Positions 38,461 to 49,756 of a DNA stretch of 64,000 bases are shown one piece after another. Positions within the stretch are counted from its first letter, which is position 1, and each line of letters starts with the position of its first letter. The stretch spans positions 682,001-746,000 of the forward strand of contig CP089278.1 in NCBI GenBank assembly GCA_023920165.1. The letters are read 5' to 3'. The stretch comes from Curvularia clavata (Eukaryota). Below the pieces are notes generated by a model. The model was not told the DNA's origin and did no database searches. It saw nothing but the letters and a program-made list of their open reading frames with translations. Position numbers and translations under genes: made by a program.

Positions 38461-39917
38461 ATGATGACACGGGCAGCCTCCACTGAAACGACAATGCGGC
38501 AACCAACTACAGCGATTGACCCGCTCGCCGAAACAACTCTTCGAAGACGAAGACCTGATCAGCTAGAGCATCTAGGTATGTAAACTCAAATCAGATTTAC
38601 AACTGACAGTTTCAGATTTTGCTGTTGCTAACGCACAACCTAGTGGCTGACGGGCTTCGTAGCCAGACACGCCATGATCATATACTCGAAATCGCCACCC
38701 ATATTTTTTGGATCAATGTAATAGTACTCAGGACTCTGAAAGATGGACTTGGAAAGTTACACATATTCGAAGATTTCAACAAAGTCGTAAAATTGGAAGG
38801 ATCCATAATATACAGAAGGTTCAATAAGCCCGAGGGGTTCGAAAACCCTCAAAAATGCGATAGATTCGAAGAACTCGAAAAGTTCAAGAGATTGATTACC
38901 GATGAAGAGGTGAACGTTGCCAACAATACGGAAAACATATACGAAGCTCGCATCAAGGATCAGATCAAGAAACACCTAAGAGCTTTGTCTCCAGATGGAA
39001 GGAAGGCTTTCATTGTCGACCGTCATCCCTGCGGATTCTACCTGGAGGCTCTAAGAATCAGAGTCAAAACGGGCGTTAGATTACGCGACGCAATGGCAGA
39101 CGCACAAAGGTATCCCCAATTGCCGAAACCGAAAGCCTATGACTATTGTGATACGGTACAAGAATACATTGGACAACTTGCCCTGGAGGTGGACGAGGAT
39201 CGCTTTCAGCTCATTGCATTTCTGAATATATTTAAGGGACTTTTGGATTCTACCCAAGTCGCCGCCAGACAAGCTCTTCTCTCCCCGGAAGAATTACAAG
39301 CACTTCGTATCAAATTCTTGGTGGTTTCAGGATACTATCCAGTTGCGTACTCCGTCGCCCATAGCACAACCGGACTAAAGCAGCAATTACTGAATACCAC
39401 GTCTGAAAGCTGGTGGTAAGCTTTCCTTCTCGAATCGTGAGGGACTAATCGGAACTAACCTCAAGATAGGGAGACAAGCACTGAGAAGAAAGACGATACA
39501 CCAAGGCCAGAAAGCACTATGTTCCCAGAATATCAAAATTCTGGAATCATGCGATCGAGTCTAAATGCGATAGTCCCAATAGTGTCTTTGGTGTCCGTTG
39601 TACCTGCCGCGCTTGCCTGGAGATATGGCACCGCGGAACACGTCACTCTCACAGACTCCAACTTCTACCAGGCGATCACGGGAAGCATCTTGCAACTACT
39701 CAGCCTCAGCACTTTCATATGGCCAACTCTAGGCCACCCTCGACTATCACGCCTCAATTGGGTCTGGATATGGATTATGGCTGGCTTTAGTGTCGTTTGT
39801 ACGCTAGTAAGCCCTCTGTTTTATTGGTTCGTTTCCACAACCTGGAGTTTCGTTATTTCTTTCTGTGGTGCCATTCTACAAGCGATAATACAACTTCAAG
39901 TTGTTAATTCAATCTGA
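38461..39917 (+). CDS. Hypothetical protein, soluble N-domain plus four C-terminal TM segments
   Basis: Exons 38461-38575, 38644-39415, 39470-39917 (introns GTATGT...CTAAC...TAG and GTAAGC...CTAAC...TAG) join in frame. Confidence 0.7.
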
Positions 39918-40403
39918 CGGGCGCACGCTGTGGCGGAAGGCGGAACAACTGCTCAGTCCCATTCGGCGTATAAATCAAAGTGGGGATTCGGTACATGATA
40001 GTGGGATGACATACATTTATAAATACTGCTGTAATATTCAAAAGAGTGAATGTAGCGTTAGCCTAACCCTGTATTGGTGCAGCTCGGTCTAAAGAGTCCG
40101 TATGTATACCTTGTAGGTCACGTGATCTCACTACGACCCTCTCGAGGCCGTCTCCGCATCTTGGCAGGCATTAGACGGGGAAGGCGGGGCACGAGAACAA
40201 TACGTCATATCATCCTGCATGCATCACATCCATCAGAATGCGTGACGATGTAACCTTGAAACCTGATCAAGAGTAACAGTTACGACGATGGAAGCGATGT
40301 GCATGAGTGGGGTACTTTGAGATGTACGTAGAAGTGGGGGAACACGCATATGTTATGAGGCGATGTACTTCTTCGTACTCGTGATACACCACCTTTTTTC
40401 ACC

Positions 40404-43021
40404 ATGTTCAGTCGGAAGATAATTGCGATACTTGCAATTGTGCAGCAAGGCACCCTAGGTCAAGACGTCGATTATGCGCAATTCGTCAACCCTTTCATAG
40501 GCACCGAGGGTGCTATACCTGGATATGCGTGTATGTGACCTGATTACGCATTGTATATCAGTCGCTGACACTCCAAAGATGGTGGCGGAGACGTCTTCGT
40601 TGGCGGTGCCGTTCCGTTTGGCATGGTCAAGCTGGGCATCGACACCTACGAAGAACCCATCAACCAGTCCGCTCTTAATGGCGGATATACACCCAAAGGT
40701 CATGTCACAGGTATCAGTTTGATGCATCAGTCCGGAACGGGAGGAGGGCCTAAATACGGATACCCGTCCCAGATGCCGCTCACGAAGATCGATAGCGATG
40801 TCAACTTGCTTGACAATCGCACATACTGGCAAGATCGCGTGAGTTGCATGATGTGTTTCGTTTTATATTGACTAATAGGATTACAGGTTGGCGAAGATGC
40901 AGCTTCAGTTGGATACTTTCGAACCGAATTTGAGTCTGGTGTACGAGTCGAGCTCTCAGCTTCACGACATGCAGGATTGTATCATTACACTTATCCATCG
41001 ACGTCTGAGAATCATGTACTAGTGGACTTATCGCACTATCTCCCACACCCAACCCGGTCTTGGGACAGCCAATTTTACACAGGCGGCGAGATTGAGATTC
41101 AGCCCAACTCTAGCGTCTACACCGGTTACACTTCCATTGCTGGGGGATGGAACATTGGCGCACCAGTTACCGTCTATGTATGTGGGGAGTTTGATACAGT
41201 ACCAGATGAAGCAAGAGCATTCAAAGGCACGAACACATTCCCCGTGGGCCGGCACTTTCGTACATTCAACAATGGTACAACACCGCAACCAAGATTCACT
41301 GGTAATACAGCCCGTTCAGGACCATCAAATGATCGTGTCGGTGCGGTCTTCAGTTGGAGTAACGCCACTGAAATCAAATCCCGTGTCGGCATCTCTCTCA
41401 TGTCGGTGGATAAAGCTTGCGCATACAAGAATTCAGAGCTGTCAACATGGTCCATCGAAGATGCTACTCAAGCAGCGCGCGATGAATGGAATCGTGACGT
41501 CTTTTCCAAGATTCAGGTCGACACGTCGGAGCGTGCGAACAAAACGCGACTCACATTGCTGTACTCGAGTTTGTACTTTATGCATCTTATTCCGAGCGAG
41601 CGAATAGGCGAAAACCCATTATGGGAGTCGGATGAGCCAAGTTGGGATGACTTCTACACTATGTGGGATCTCTTCCGAAACCAAGTCTCTCTATGGCATC
41701 TCATCCAACCAAGTTATTACGAATCGATGATCCGATCATTGATTGACATCTTCAAGAATGAAGGGTACTTGCCAGATGGACGGTCTGGCAACTACAATGG
41801 CCTGGTACAAGGTGGCTCAAATGCCGACAATGTTCTTGCAGATGCTTACGTTAAAGGAATGAGGGGTATGATCAATTGGACCGAGGGCTATGCCGCAGTC
41901 AAGGAAGATGCAGATGTTTTGCCTTTCTTCGATCAGAACCCTGTCGACCCACAAGGCTCACTGAAGGAGGGCCGTTCGGCGCTTGATGATTGGATACCGC
42001 TCGGATACGTCTCTGCAGACCGGAATACGCGTGCAGTATCAAAGACAGTAGAATATTCTCTCAATGACTTTGCCGTGAGTCAGATTGCGGCAGGGGAAGC
42101 ACCTGGCGATCAGGACCTTTACCTCCGCAGGTCAGCAGGCTGGCAGTTGAGCTGGGACCCTGAGTCGACGAGTCGGAACTTCACCGGCTTTGTCATGCCG
42201 CGGTATGCAAACGGTACCTTTCATAAGACATATGATATCACGGATTGTGGTGACTGTAATTGGGGGGATGAGAGCTATGAAGGTACTGCATTTGGTGAGC
42301 CACATTACGCATACCAACGCTCATTGAGTGCAACATGCTAATCTAAACAGAATACTCATTCGTCATCCCTCATGACATGTCACGTGTGATCACGCTGATG
42401 GGAGGCCCATCGCATTTTGAAGAACGTCTCGACTACATCTTTCAGCCAAACACATCTGGCGTAGATCTGGGTGTCAACGGGCTCGGCATCACCACAATTA
42501 ACAACGTTGCTAACGAACCAGACTTTCAGACGCCGTACTTATACAACTACCTCAACAAGCAATGGAAGAGCGTTCAAAGATCTCGCCAACTCGCGAACGA
42601 CTTCTACTTCAATACCACGAATGGCATACCTGGGAACAGTGATGCAGGCGCATTGAATTGCTGGCTGGTTTGGCAAATGCTGGGCTTGTACCCCGTCGTT
42701 ACTACACCAGTGTATCTTCTCGAAAGCCCGTGGTTCTCCGACATCAACATCACTGTCAATCACGACAAGACTCTTAGGATCAGAGCTGAAGGGTTGGATG
42801 ATGGAGATGGGAAGCAGGGATATTACGTGCAGGGTGTGAGCATAAACGGGGAAAAGTGGAATAAGAATTGGTTCGAGCACGAAGATGCTGGCGGCATTAT
42901 GGTCGAGGGCGGTGAGATTCTGTTCACGTTGGGCAGTGAGCCGGTAGTGTGGGAAACGAGCGATGTACCGCCGAGCCCGGGGCATCAGGAAGTTAATGTT
43001 GGGGACAACATGGGCCTTTAG
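40404..43021 (+). CDS. Secreted glycoside hydrolase family 92 (alpha-1,2-mannosidase)
   Basis: Signal peptide, VNPFIGT, GAVPFGMVKLGID, MHQSGTGGGPKYG, QGGSNADNVLAD, SKTVEYSLND, ANEPDF, PGNSDAGALNCW. Introns 40531-40578, 40839-40886, 42295-42350. Confidence 0.93.
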
Positions 43022-43729
43022 GTGGCTGACTGTTGTTCGGTAACTGCGCTTTGACACAAATCTCAGCGTTGTGATGACACCGATTCGAGCATCGGAATGC
43101 AGCGGAGAATGTTGACACAGTCATAGCAAGGGCATTGGGTAGGAGGATGGGAGTACTGCGGACTGGAAGACGTCCACCCATATCTTGGCACTCTGTCGTT
43201 TGCATAAGCGTTCCCTTACCGGCAATAGTCAATCTTGAACAGAGAATGAACGCATGATATGTATGCGGGGAAGACCATCGGATATCTTAGCGAACGAAGT
43301 TTCGTACACGTACAATACAATAACCCCTGTATTGCGCTCTGTATAATCGCCACAACGCAACGCCGTCAAACACTCCTGGCCTTGAACGATACTGCGCCAT
43401 TCTGCCGACCATGATAGTGCTTAAATGTGGCTGGAACATTACACCTCCCCAAGGTTCAGCTGCGGAGAACCCTAGTCGTTGGCCCTATTTCATCGGGCCG
43501 CAAAACACGGGTCAACACCATTAAGAAACATTTCTTTTTCCCGTTCCGCTGACACCGGTCCCCTTGTTCTCGTGACGTGGAGTGATGTCAGAGAAAGACC
43601 GCGCCGGCTCTGCGCCACATAAATGGTAAGCTGAACCTCTTTGTTGCGAAACTAGTCAAGGCAGCACCAGGAACCACTGTATACCTGACTTCAAGTTCCG
43701 ATCGCACGTGGCATACTGCAAAGATCAAC

Positions 43730-44826
43730 ATGGCGATGACCAAGCTTGCGATCCTCGCCTTGACAGTACTCTCTTCGGCTCTCGCATCCTCAGTAACGCG
43801 TGCGACAGTCGTCGCGAAGAAATCCGGTGGTTGCGGGATCAACTACTCCGACCTGACGCAACCGACCCAGTACCTAGGCACAGGCGAAAAGAATCGCAGC
43901 TACTACATCCATCTGCCTCCTACCTATGACAGTAACCGTGCGTACCCCGTGGTCATCGGTTTCCATGGCAGTCAGAGCATTGGCCTTTTCCTTGCGTACG
44001 ACAGTAAACTGAATGAGACGAGGTATTCTGGAGACAAGATTATGGTGTATCCGAATGGAGAAGGAGGAAGTTGGGCGGGGCCATCATATCATAATGGGTC
44101 GAGTGTTCAAGAGGATATAGACTTTGTGGCTGATGTGATTAAGGATGTGCAGGGTAAATATTGTGTTGATGAGGAGAGAGTGTTTGGTGTAGGGTAAGTC
44201 GTCCTCTATCTCTTCTTCCTATTTATTCAGCCGAGCTATTATGAAGCCTGATTTGACTTGATACTAAAGAGTAACAGCATGTCTAACGGCGGAGGCTTTA
44301 TCGGCACGCTAGCCTGTGATCCAAAGGGAAGTTCACTCTTTACTGGCCTCGCCTCGCACTCTGGCGCTTTCTACACAGACAACAACGGTCCTAACAATGG
44401 TTGCGCGCCATCGAAAATGGTCCCATTGATTGAAATCCACGGCGCTTCTGACACGGAAGTTTCGTACTTTGGCGGCAATGGCGAAGGCGGCCGGCTGCCT
44501 GCAGTCCCGTTTTGGATGGACTGGTGGGGAGCGCGAAACAAGTGCGTGAACAAGAAAGAGACGTGGCTCTTCAATAATGAGGTAATGCATGCGACCTGGA
44601 CTTGTGATGGAAGGGATGGTCTTCTTCAGCATTATGTGGTCGTGAGCATGGGTAAGTGACTTCCTTGGTCTCTAGTGTCTGCTGCTTCTCCTAACAAAGC
44701 GATGCAGGACACTGCTGGGCTGATACCGAACCGAACTTCTCTCAAGCGACTGTGCCGCAAGGCCCAACGGTGATCCAAGCGAGCAAGATATTCATGGAGT
44801 TTTTTGACTCGGTTTTACCATCTTGA
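43730..44826 (+). CDS. Secreted alpha/beta-hydrolase, CE1/feruloyl esterase C-like (PHB-depolymerase fold)
   Basis: Signal peptide, SGGCG, RSYYIHLPPTYD, VIGFHG, VYPNG. The nucleophile motif G-M-S-N-G-G forms across intron 44194-44278; IHGASD and the GHCW His form across intron 44652-44707. Confidence 0.87.
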
Positions 44827-45605
44827 ATCGCGGAAGAAAAGAAAGGGTTCAAGACATGGGATGTTATACCAAAGTTCATGCGAGGACAAGGGTAGTCTAG
44901 TTACGTAGGTCGTATGTACATCACCAAGTAATCATAATGAGCAACACCGTAACATAAGTAACGATAATACTGTTAACTCGGTCTCCCTATAATAATAGAC
45001 GATCGCCCACTCCTGCAATACTATGCGGTTAATATGTCAAACCCACCTGACACATTTGACACCGGCGTCGCGCTCGCGTGAAGACCTGAAACGCGTCACG
45101 ACACATGCGCTCTCGACTCCAGCCCCAATGCTGCGCCACTCTCGATTGGTCGGATGAAAACTGGCATTATGCTTGCCAAACTATCCGGGACAGAAGCGAT
45201 ATGCGATGCGAAAAGTGGGTATAGAATGGCTTGGACGACTACTTGAGACGGTGACACTGCGATCGATCTCGGAATACCCACTAGAGACTGCGCGACGGAA
45301 CATCACGCAGTTGCAGCCTCAGAATTTTGCTCATGCGGCGGTGCGGTGACCGCGATGGGTCCGAAAAAGGGCTGTCGAGTTAAGGCATTGGGAAGGTATA
45401 AAGATGCCATATTACTTCTTTCTCAGTCACCACTACAAGCAGCCTCACGTCTTCACTGTCAACTCGTCCAATACTACATTCTTTTTCGCCATCTGTGATA
45501 GCGAACCCTCTGACCTGGTGTCTTTCATTCACGTACATAACTCTTTCTTCTCTTTCAAGTAGATACCCATCTCTTCACGAGTTCAATCTTGTTAAATCAA
45601 TCAAA

Positions 45606-45987
45606 ATGCGTTTCACCATCGCCACCCTCTTCACCCGTAAGTCGCCAGCAGTTGAGCCTTATTGCTGCATCATTGTACTGATATCATCAAGTTGCCGCCT
45701 TCTCCATGGCCCAGGTCACCCCCAACAACGCGGGTGCCAAGAATGTTGGCACAGGCAATGGACAGCAGTTCATAACTGGCGGATGTGTGTCTGATGCTGA
45801 CTGCAGCTCACAGTGCTGCGCCCAGGTTGCATCAAGCGGAAAGGGCGTGTGCAGTAACGAAGTAGCGGCCAACCAGAACGGAAAGACGGGCTGTGGCTTC
45901 AACGACCCCAATGCTGCTGCTGTGATTGCGGCCGCAAAGGCTCAGGTTGCGAAGCAGGGTTTCAAGAGGGCTGTCCGAGCCGAGTAA
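45606..45987 (+). CDS. BAS2: Small secreted Cys-rich protein, biotrophy-associated secreted protein 2 (BAS2)-like
   Basis: Exon 45606-45636, intron 45637-45691, exon 45692-45987 give MRFTIATLFTLAAFSMAQVTPNNAGAKNVGTGNGQQFITGGCVSDADCSSQCC...C...GCGF, with 6 Cys. Confidence 0.85.
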
Positions 45988-46108
45988 GGCATGTAAGCCT
46001 TGGCCCAGCAAGATGCCCACGTAATGACCTAAAATCGAATCAATGATCAAACCAATCGCGTCGTCTCTCCATGCGTGCCGCGTTTCCCACATCTCTTGCA
46101 TCACAGTT

Positions 46109-46903
46109 TCACGTCATGTACCCACGCCCCGCACCGAAAGCCGCCCATAACCTAGTAACCCAAAGGGCGAGGATCAACTCCCTGCACGTCTGGTCTAGAT
46201 CGCTTCTCAACTCAATTGTCGGCATCTTACCCCCATACCCCATTTTCAACACCTCAGTGGCAACAACATTGCCTTCTGAATCCTTCCACTCACTGGGCTC
46301 CATCTCATTCTTTCGCTGTTTGATTGCTTTGGTGAATCCACCAGGTTTTCCACAGGTCATGATCTCAATGGGTCGACTGCCTTGGGTAGGAATGTGTGCG
46401 ATGTGCCAACGGCGCAGACCAAAGCGCAACTGCAGAAATCCTGGCAGCGCGCTGGCAGATTTTCCCTGGATGTAGTATTCGTTTACGAGGAAAGGTGGGT
46501 CGTGGGCTTCGTAGAGGAGTCCGCTATTGGTGAAGGGAACATTTGGCGCACCGGATTGTAGCCTCGTCACTTCTTCGGCGCGCAGCCTTCGTAGCTGCAG
46601 TTTGTTGATGCATGTATCGAGAAGGGAGGAGAGTTGGTATGCGGGGGCGTTGGGGGTATGGATGAAGGTACCATAGATGGTAAATGTGGTGGCCTTCTCG
46701 TCAACAACGGCATAGGCGGGCGGAAGTTCTGGTGGCAGCGATACAGAGTTGACGTTGGGTGCTGTTTCATGCTCGGAGGGGCGCCTCTCGTCCCGTGTAG
46801 GTTCGCATACTGCCGGTGATGCTGTTGGCGCACTTGTGGGTGGTGATGCAACGACAGCCTCCTCGTAGGAAGGTATTGGTGGGTTAGCATTAGACGGTGC
46901 CAT
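46109..46903 (-). CDS. Hypothetical protein with N-terminal PY-like motifs
   Basis: Intact single-exon ORF from ATG 46903; PPIPSYEEAV and ELPPAY motifs; globular C-domain ending ELILALWVTRLW. Confidence 0.7.
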   Translation of the reverse strand: MAPSNANPPIPSYEEAVVASPPTSAPTASPAVCEPTRDERRPSEHETAPNVNSVSLPPELPPAYAVVDEKATTFTIYGTFIHTPNAPAYQLSSLLDTCINKLQLRRLRAEEVTRLQSGAPNVPFTNSGLLYEAHDPPFLVNEYYIQGKSASALPGFLQLRFGLRRWHIAHIPTQGSRPIEIMTCGKPGGFTKAIKQRKNEMEPSEWKDSEGNVVATEVLKMGYGGKMPTIELRSDLDQTCRELILALWVTRLWAAFGAGRGYMT

Positions 46904-48078
46904 AGTGTGATGAAGCAAAGAAGTGCAGACAGTCGCGCTGACTGTATCGGTGAGCTTCCATTATACGAAGCCTGAGGGGCTGTGTTCTGCCAAGCATTAT
47001 GTTGTGAGGTGGAGGAGTGACGGAATGGCCTATGACATGGCGCGTCGGGTGGCGGTTCGGGTGCTTCGCGATCCAATTGGAGTTTCCATGACGCACCATT
47101 CGTTTCTCTCTACAACACCACCATCGCTTTCTCCAGTATCCACGGCTTCTTCCTATATTCTCGCCTTTGGCTGCTTTTCCCTTCGTTCCAAAAATCAAAG
47201 ATTGGTAAACGCCCAGAGACGATCGAGTGGTGGCCGCTAATTCCAGTTCTAAGTGGAACTCACATACTCAGATATGACCTGCTGACCGAACCTTGGGACG
47301 ACTGCTTCTGCCGCCATGGTTGATCTCTGACAAAGACTTGAGACTACATGACTCTATTGATCACTGAGAGACCAGCGTGGAGTCTTCTCATATCGTACGA
47401 TGATCTTGGCAGAAGGGGAGCCCAGGAATCCTCCTCAGCCTCAACTCATATGTTTCCACGGCAGATCCGTCACCGACACTAAGGCGAGGGGTAGGCGAGC
47501 AGCAAAAGAGCCGACAGACAACTAACTGAGCTGAGTGTGTGGCTACGGAATCATTAAGCCAAGGTGCCGACGAACCCCCTCGCGCTGACTTGGCGTATGA
47601 GGGACACGCGTTATGAGGACACAAAAGGAACATTTCCAAGAATGTCCAAGAAAGGAATCCAGTAGCCTCAGCAATCCTGCACGTCTAAATCAATTCGCAA
47701 AATCTCCGTCTACGCTTACTATTGGTTATTAATGTTTGCAACAAGTGTTTGGTAGCGTTGGCATTCCAGGTCTTGAGTGGGCCAAGATTCGCGAAACCTG
47801 GACTGTGTCGCAGGGTTGCCTCACATGTCGGGAATACCTTTTCCAGGCCAACACCAAGCCTTGGTGTTAAGGCACCCACGTACGCCACATCATGGCATCC
47901 CAGAACACATGTATATAAGAGCTGAAGGTACCGACAAGCAAAACCGGCAAGAGTAATTTACTGTTGATCAGTCTCTTCGCACACGTTCCTTCTTTCCATT
48001 CTTTTCGTCTGTTCGCTCATTTGGCACGACTCGCTTCAAATCTTCGAAATAATCTAATTCAACTCAAAAGCACTCATA

Positions 48079-48705
48079 ATGTACTCCATCACTTTCGCTG
48101 CCATTGCCAGTCTGGCCCTCAGCGCAGCGGCCGCGCCGCTTACTGCACCACCTATGGTCCTCGGCAACGGCCATGTTCAACTACAATTCTCCATCGATCT
48201 CGGCGGCCAAGGCGCAGCCGGTGCAAATGCATTCGACGCAAACCAGCTCTTCGCCTTCACGTCCATGCACATGATACACGCTGTTCCTGAGCAAGTCGTA
48301 AACGGCACTGAGCCTACAGGCGGTCTGGCGGGCGCTTCTGGAACGTTCAACTTCGGTATCAACAGTGCAGCCAACATGATCTGCTATAACATCACGCTGC
48401 ACAACTTCCAGGGCGAATTCGAATCCCCAGCCACGACTGCTACTCATATCCATGAGGCCGCGCGGGGAGCCTCGGGTCCACCCCGTATCAGCTTTCCAAA
48501 CCCGGACCCAGTCAATGGAGATTTGGCCGTGCGAAATAGTGCAGGATGCTTGAAGGGACCGTTTGTCACTGGCGTCATGGTCGAGGGAAAAGATTCAGGC
48601 GAAGGTTTCCATGTTAGCATGATTGAAGCAAACCCTGCTGCATTCATGGCAGACACTCACTCAAGCCTGGCGCTGCCTGGTGCCGTCAGAGGTCAGCTGG
48701 CTTAA
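48079..48705 (+). CDS. Secreted CHRD-domain protein
   Basis: Signal peptide; ICYNITL, TATHIHEAARGASGPPRISF, NPAAFMADTHS and GAVRGQL are CHRD hallmarks. Confidence 0.88.
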   Translation: MYSITFAAIASLALSAAAAPLTAPPMVLGNGHVQLQFSIDLGGQGAAGANAFDANQLFAFTSMHMIHAVPEQVVNGTEPTGGLAGASGTFNFGINSAANMICYNITLHNFQGEFESPATTATHIHEAARGASGPPRISFPNPDPVNGDLAVRNSAGCLKGPFVTGVMVEGKDSGEGFHVSMIEANPAAFMADTHSSLALPGAVRGQLA

Positions 48706-49756
48706 TGATACGTAGCTAAAGGGGGACCGGAATGAGATGTTTAGGCTTGGAGCAGTTCGAATTTGCCAGCGGCATGACACTTTTTATTCGATAATGCAAC
48801 TATTTTTTCAGTTCTTCATTTTTAGTGCCTTTACTTGGCCGGATTGAGCGTGTTGGATCGTGTCCGTATGTTCAAAAAGTATGTTCAGGGAGCATGCGAA
48901 GCGACTACACCTCGCATCGAATCACAAACTTTCAGCTATCCATGTTAGCAGCTGTGTGTTAGAGGTTGAATAATTAAAGCAACAGTTCAAAAATATGGTC
49001 TTCTTCCGATGAATCAATTTGAAATACGTATCCTGGCCGAACCAACAAGTTATTCTTGAACGATTCGAATTGCGCATGCCAAACGCTCTTCTCCACAGTG
49101 GATCTGGATGTGGCCAACTCTGCTTAGGTCAAAGGAGTTGAATCGAATTGTCGTTGCTAATTAAGTCGGTGGGTATCTTTTAAAGTGGTCATAGCGATCG
49201 GTGAAAAGTACATGTAGCCCGGATTTGTTTTTTGGCTTCGTCCGAAACATGCCTGGTGATCGGTCCACCGCGCACCTCTCTACAAATATGGTACCAAAAA
49301 GAGCTTCTTCTTTATCCAAAAGTGCATCTATACGAACAAATACATATTCCTTCCATGACGCCATTGTCAGCATGCTTGACGTTAGTAATGCAGTTCGAAG
49401 CAATACGGGAGCAGTAGCCTAATGGGGCCTAGCGGCAAAGAAATTCCCGCCAGTGGAAACCTAGAGGCAAATGTAACCCAGCCATTCTGCCCAAAATTCC
49501 TTCTTTGCTCGCCCAATCCAAAGCCAGGGAAATGGCGTGCTCAGTTACATGCTGCCAAGAAGCTGTCAAAGCCCAGAGTAGCGGCCGACTCGTGGCGCAA
49601 AACTACGGATCAGGCCTGTCTTGTGATGGATCTAAGTCATCCCAAGCTTTTGCCATGAAAAAGCTTCCATAAGTCTTCGGTCGCTGGAAGCATTCGCTGC
49701 TTCTTGCCTTCACATAGCATCCCATCGTTTCGAGGACCGGATCCCACATCTACAGA

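Noticed and set aside
14400..40300. Transposon, Starship or viral insertion as the cause of the accessory tract
   Set aside because: No transposase, RT, integrase or tyrosine-recombinase motifs, LTRs or TIRs were recognisable by eye; kept only as a hypothesis to test.
47370..47400. TTGATCACTGAGAGACCAGCGTGGAG faintly resembles the 3' half of a TPP riboswitch
   Set aside because: No correctly ordered upstream CTGAGA/P2-P3 elements, not in an intron, and no thiamine gene nearby.
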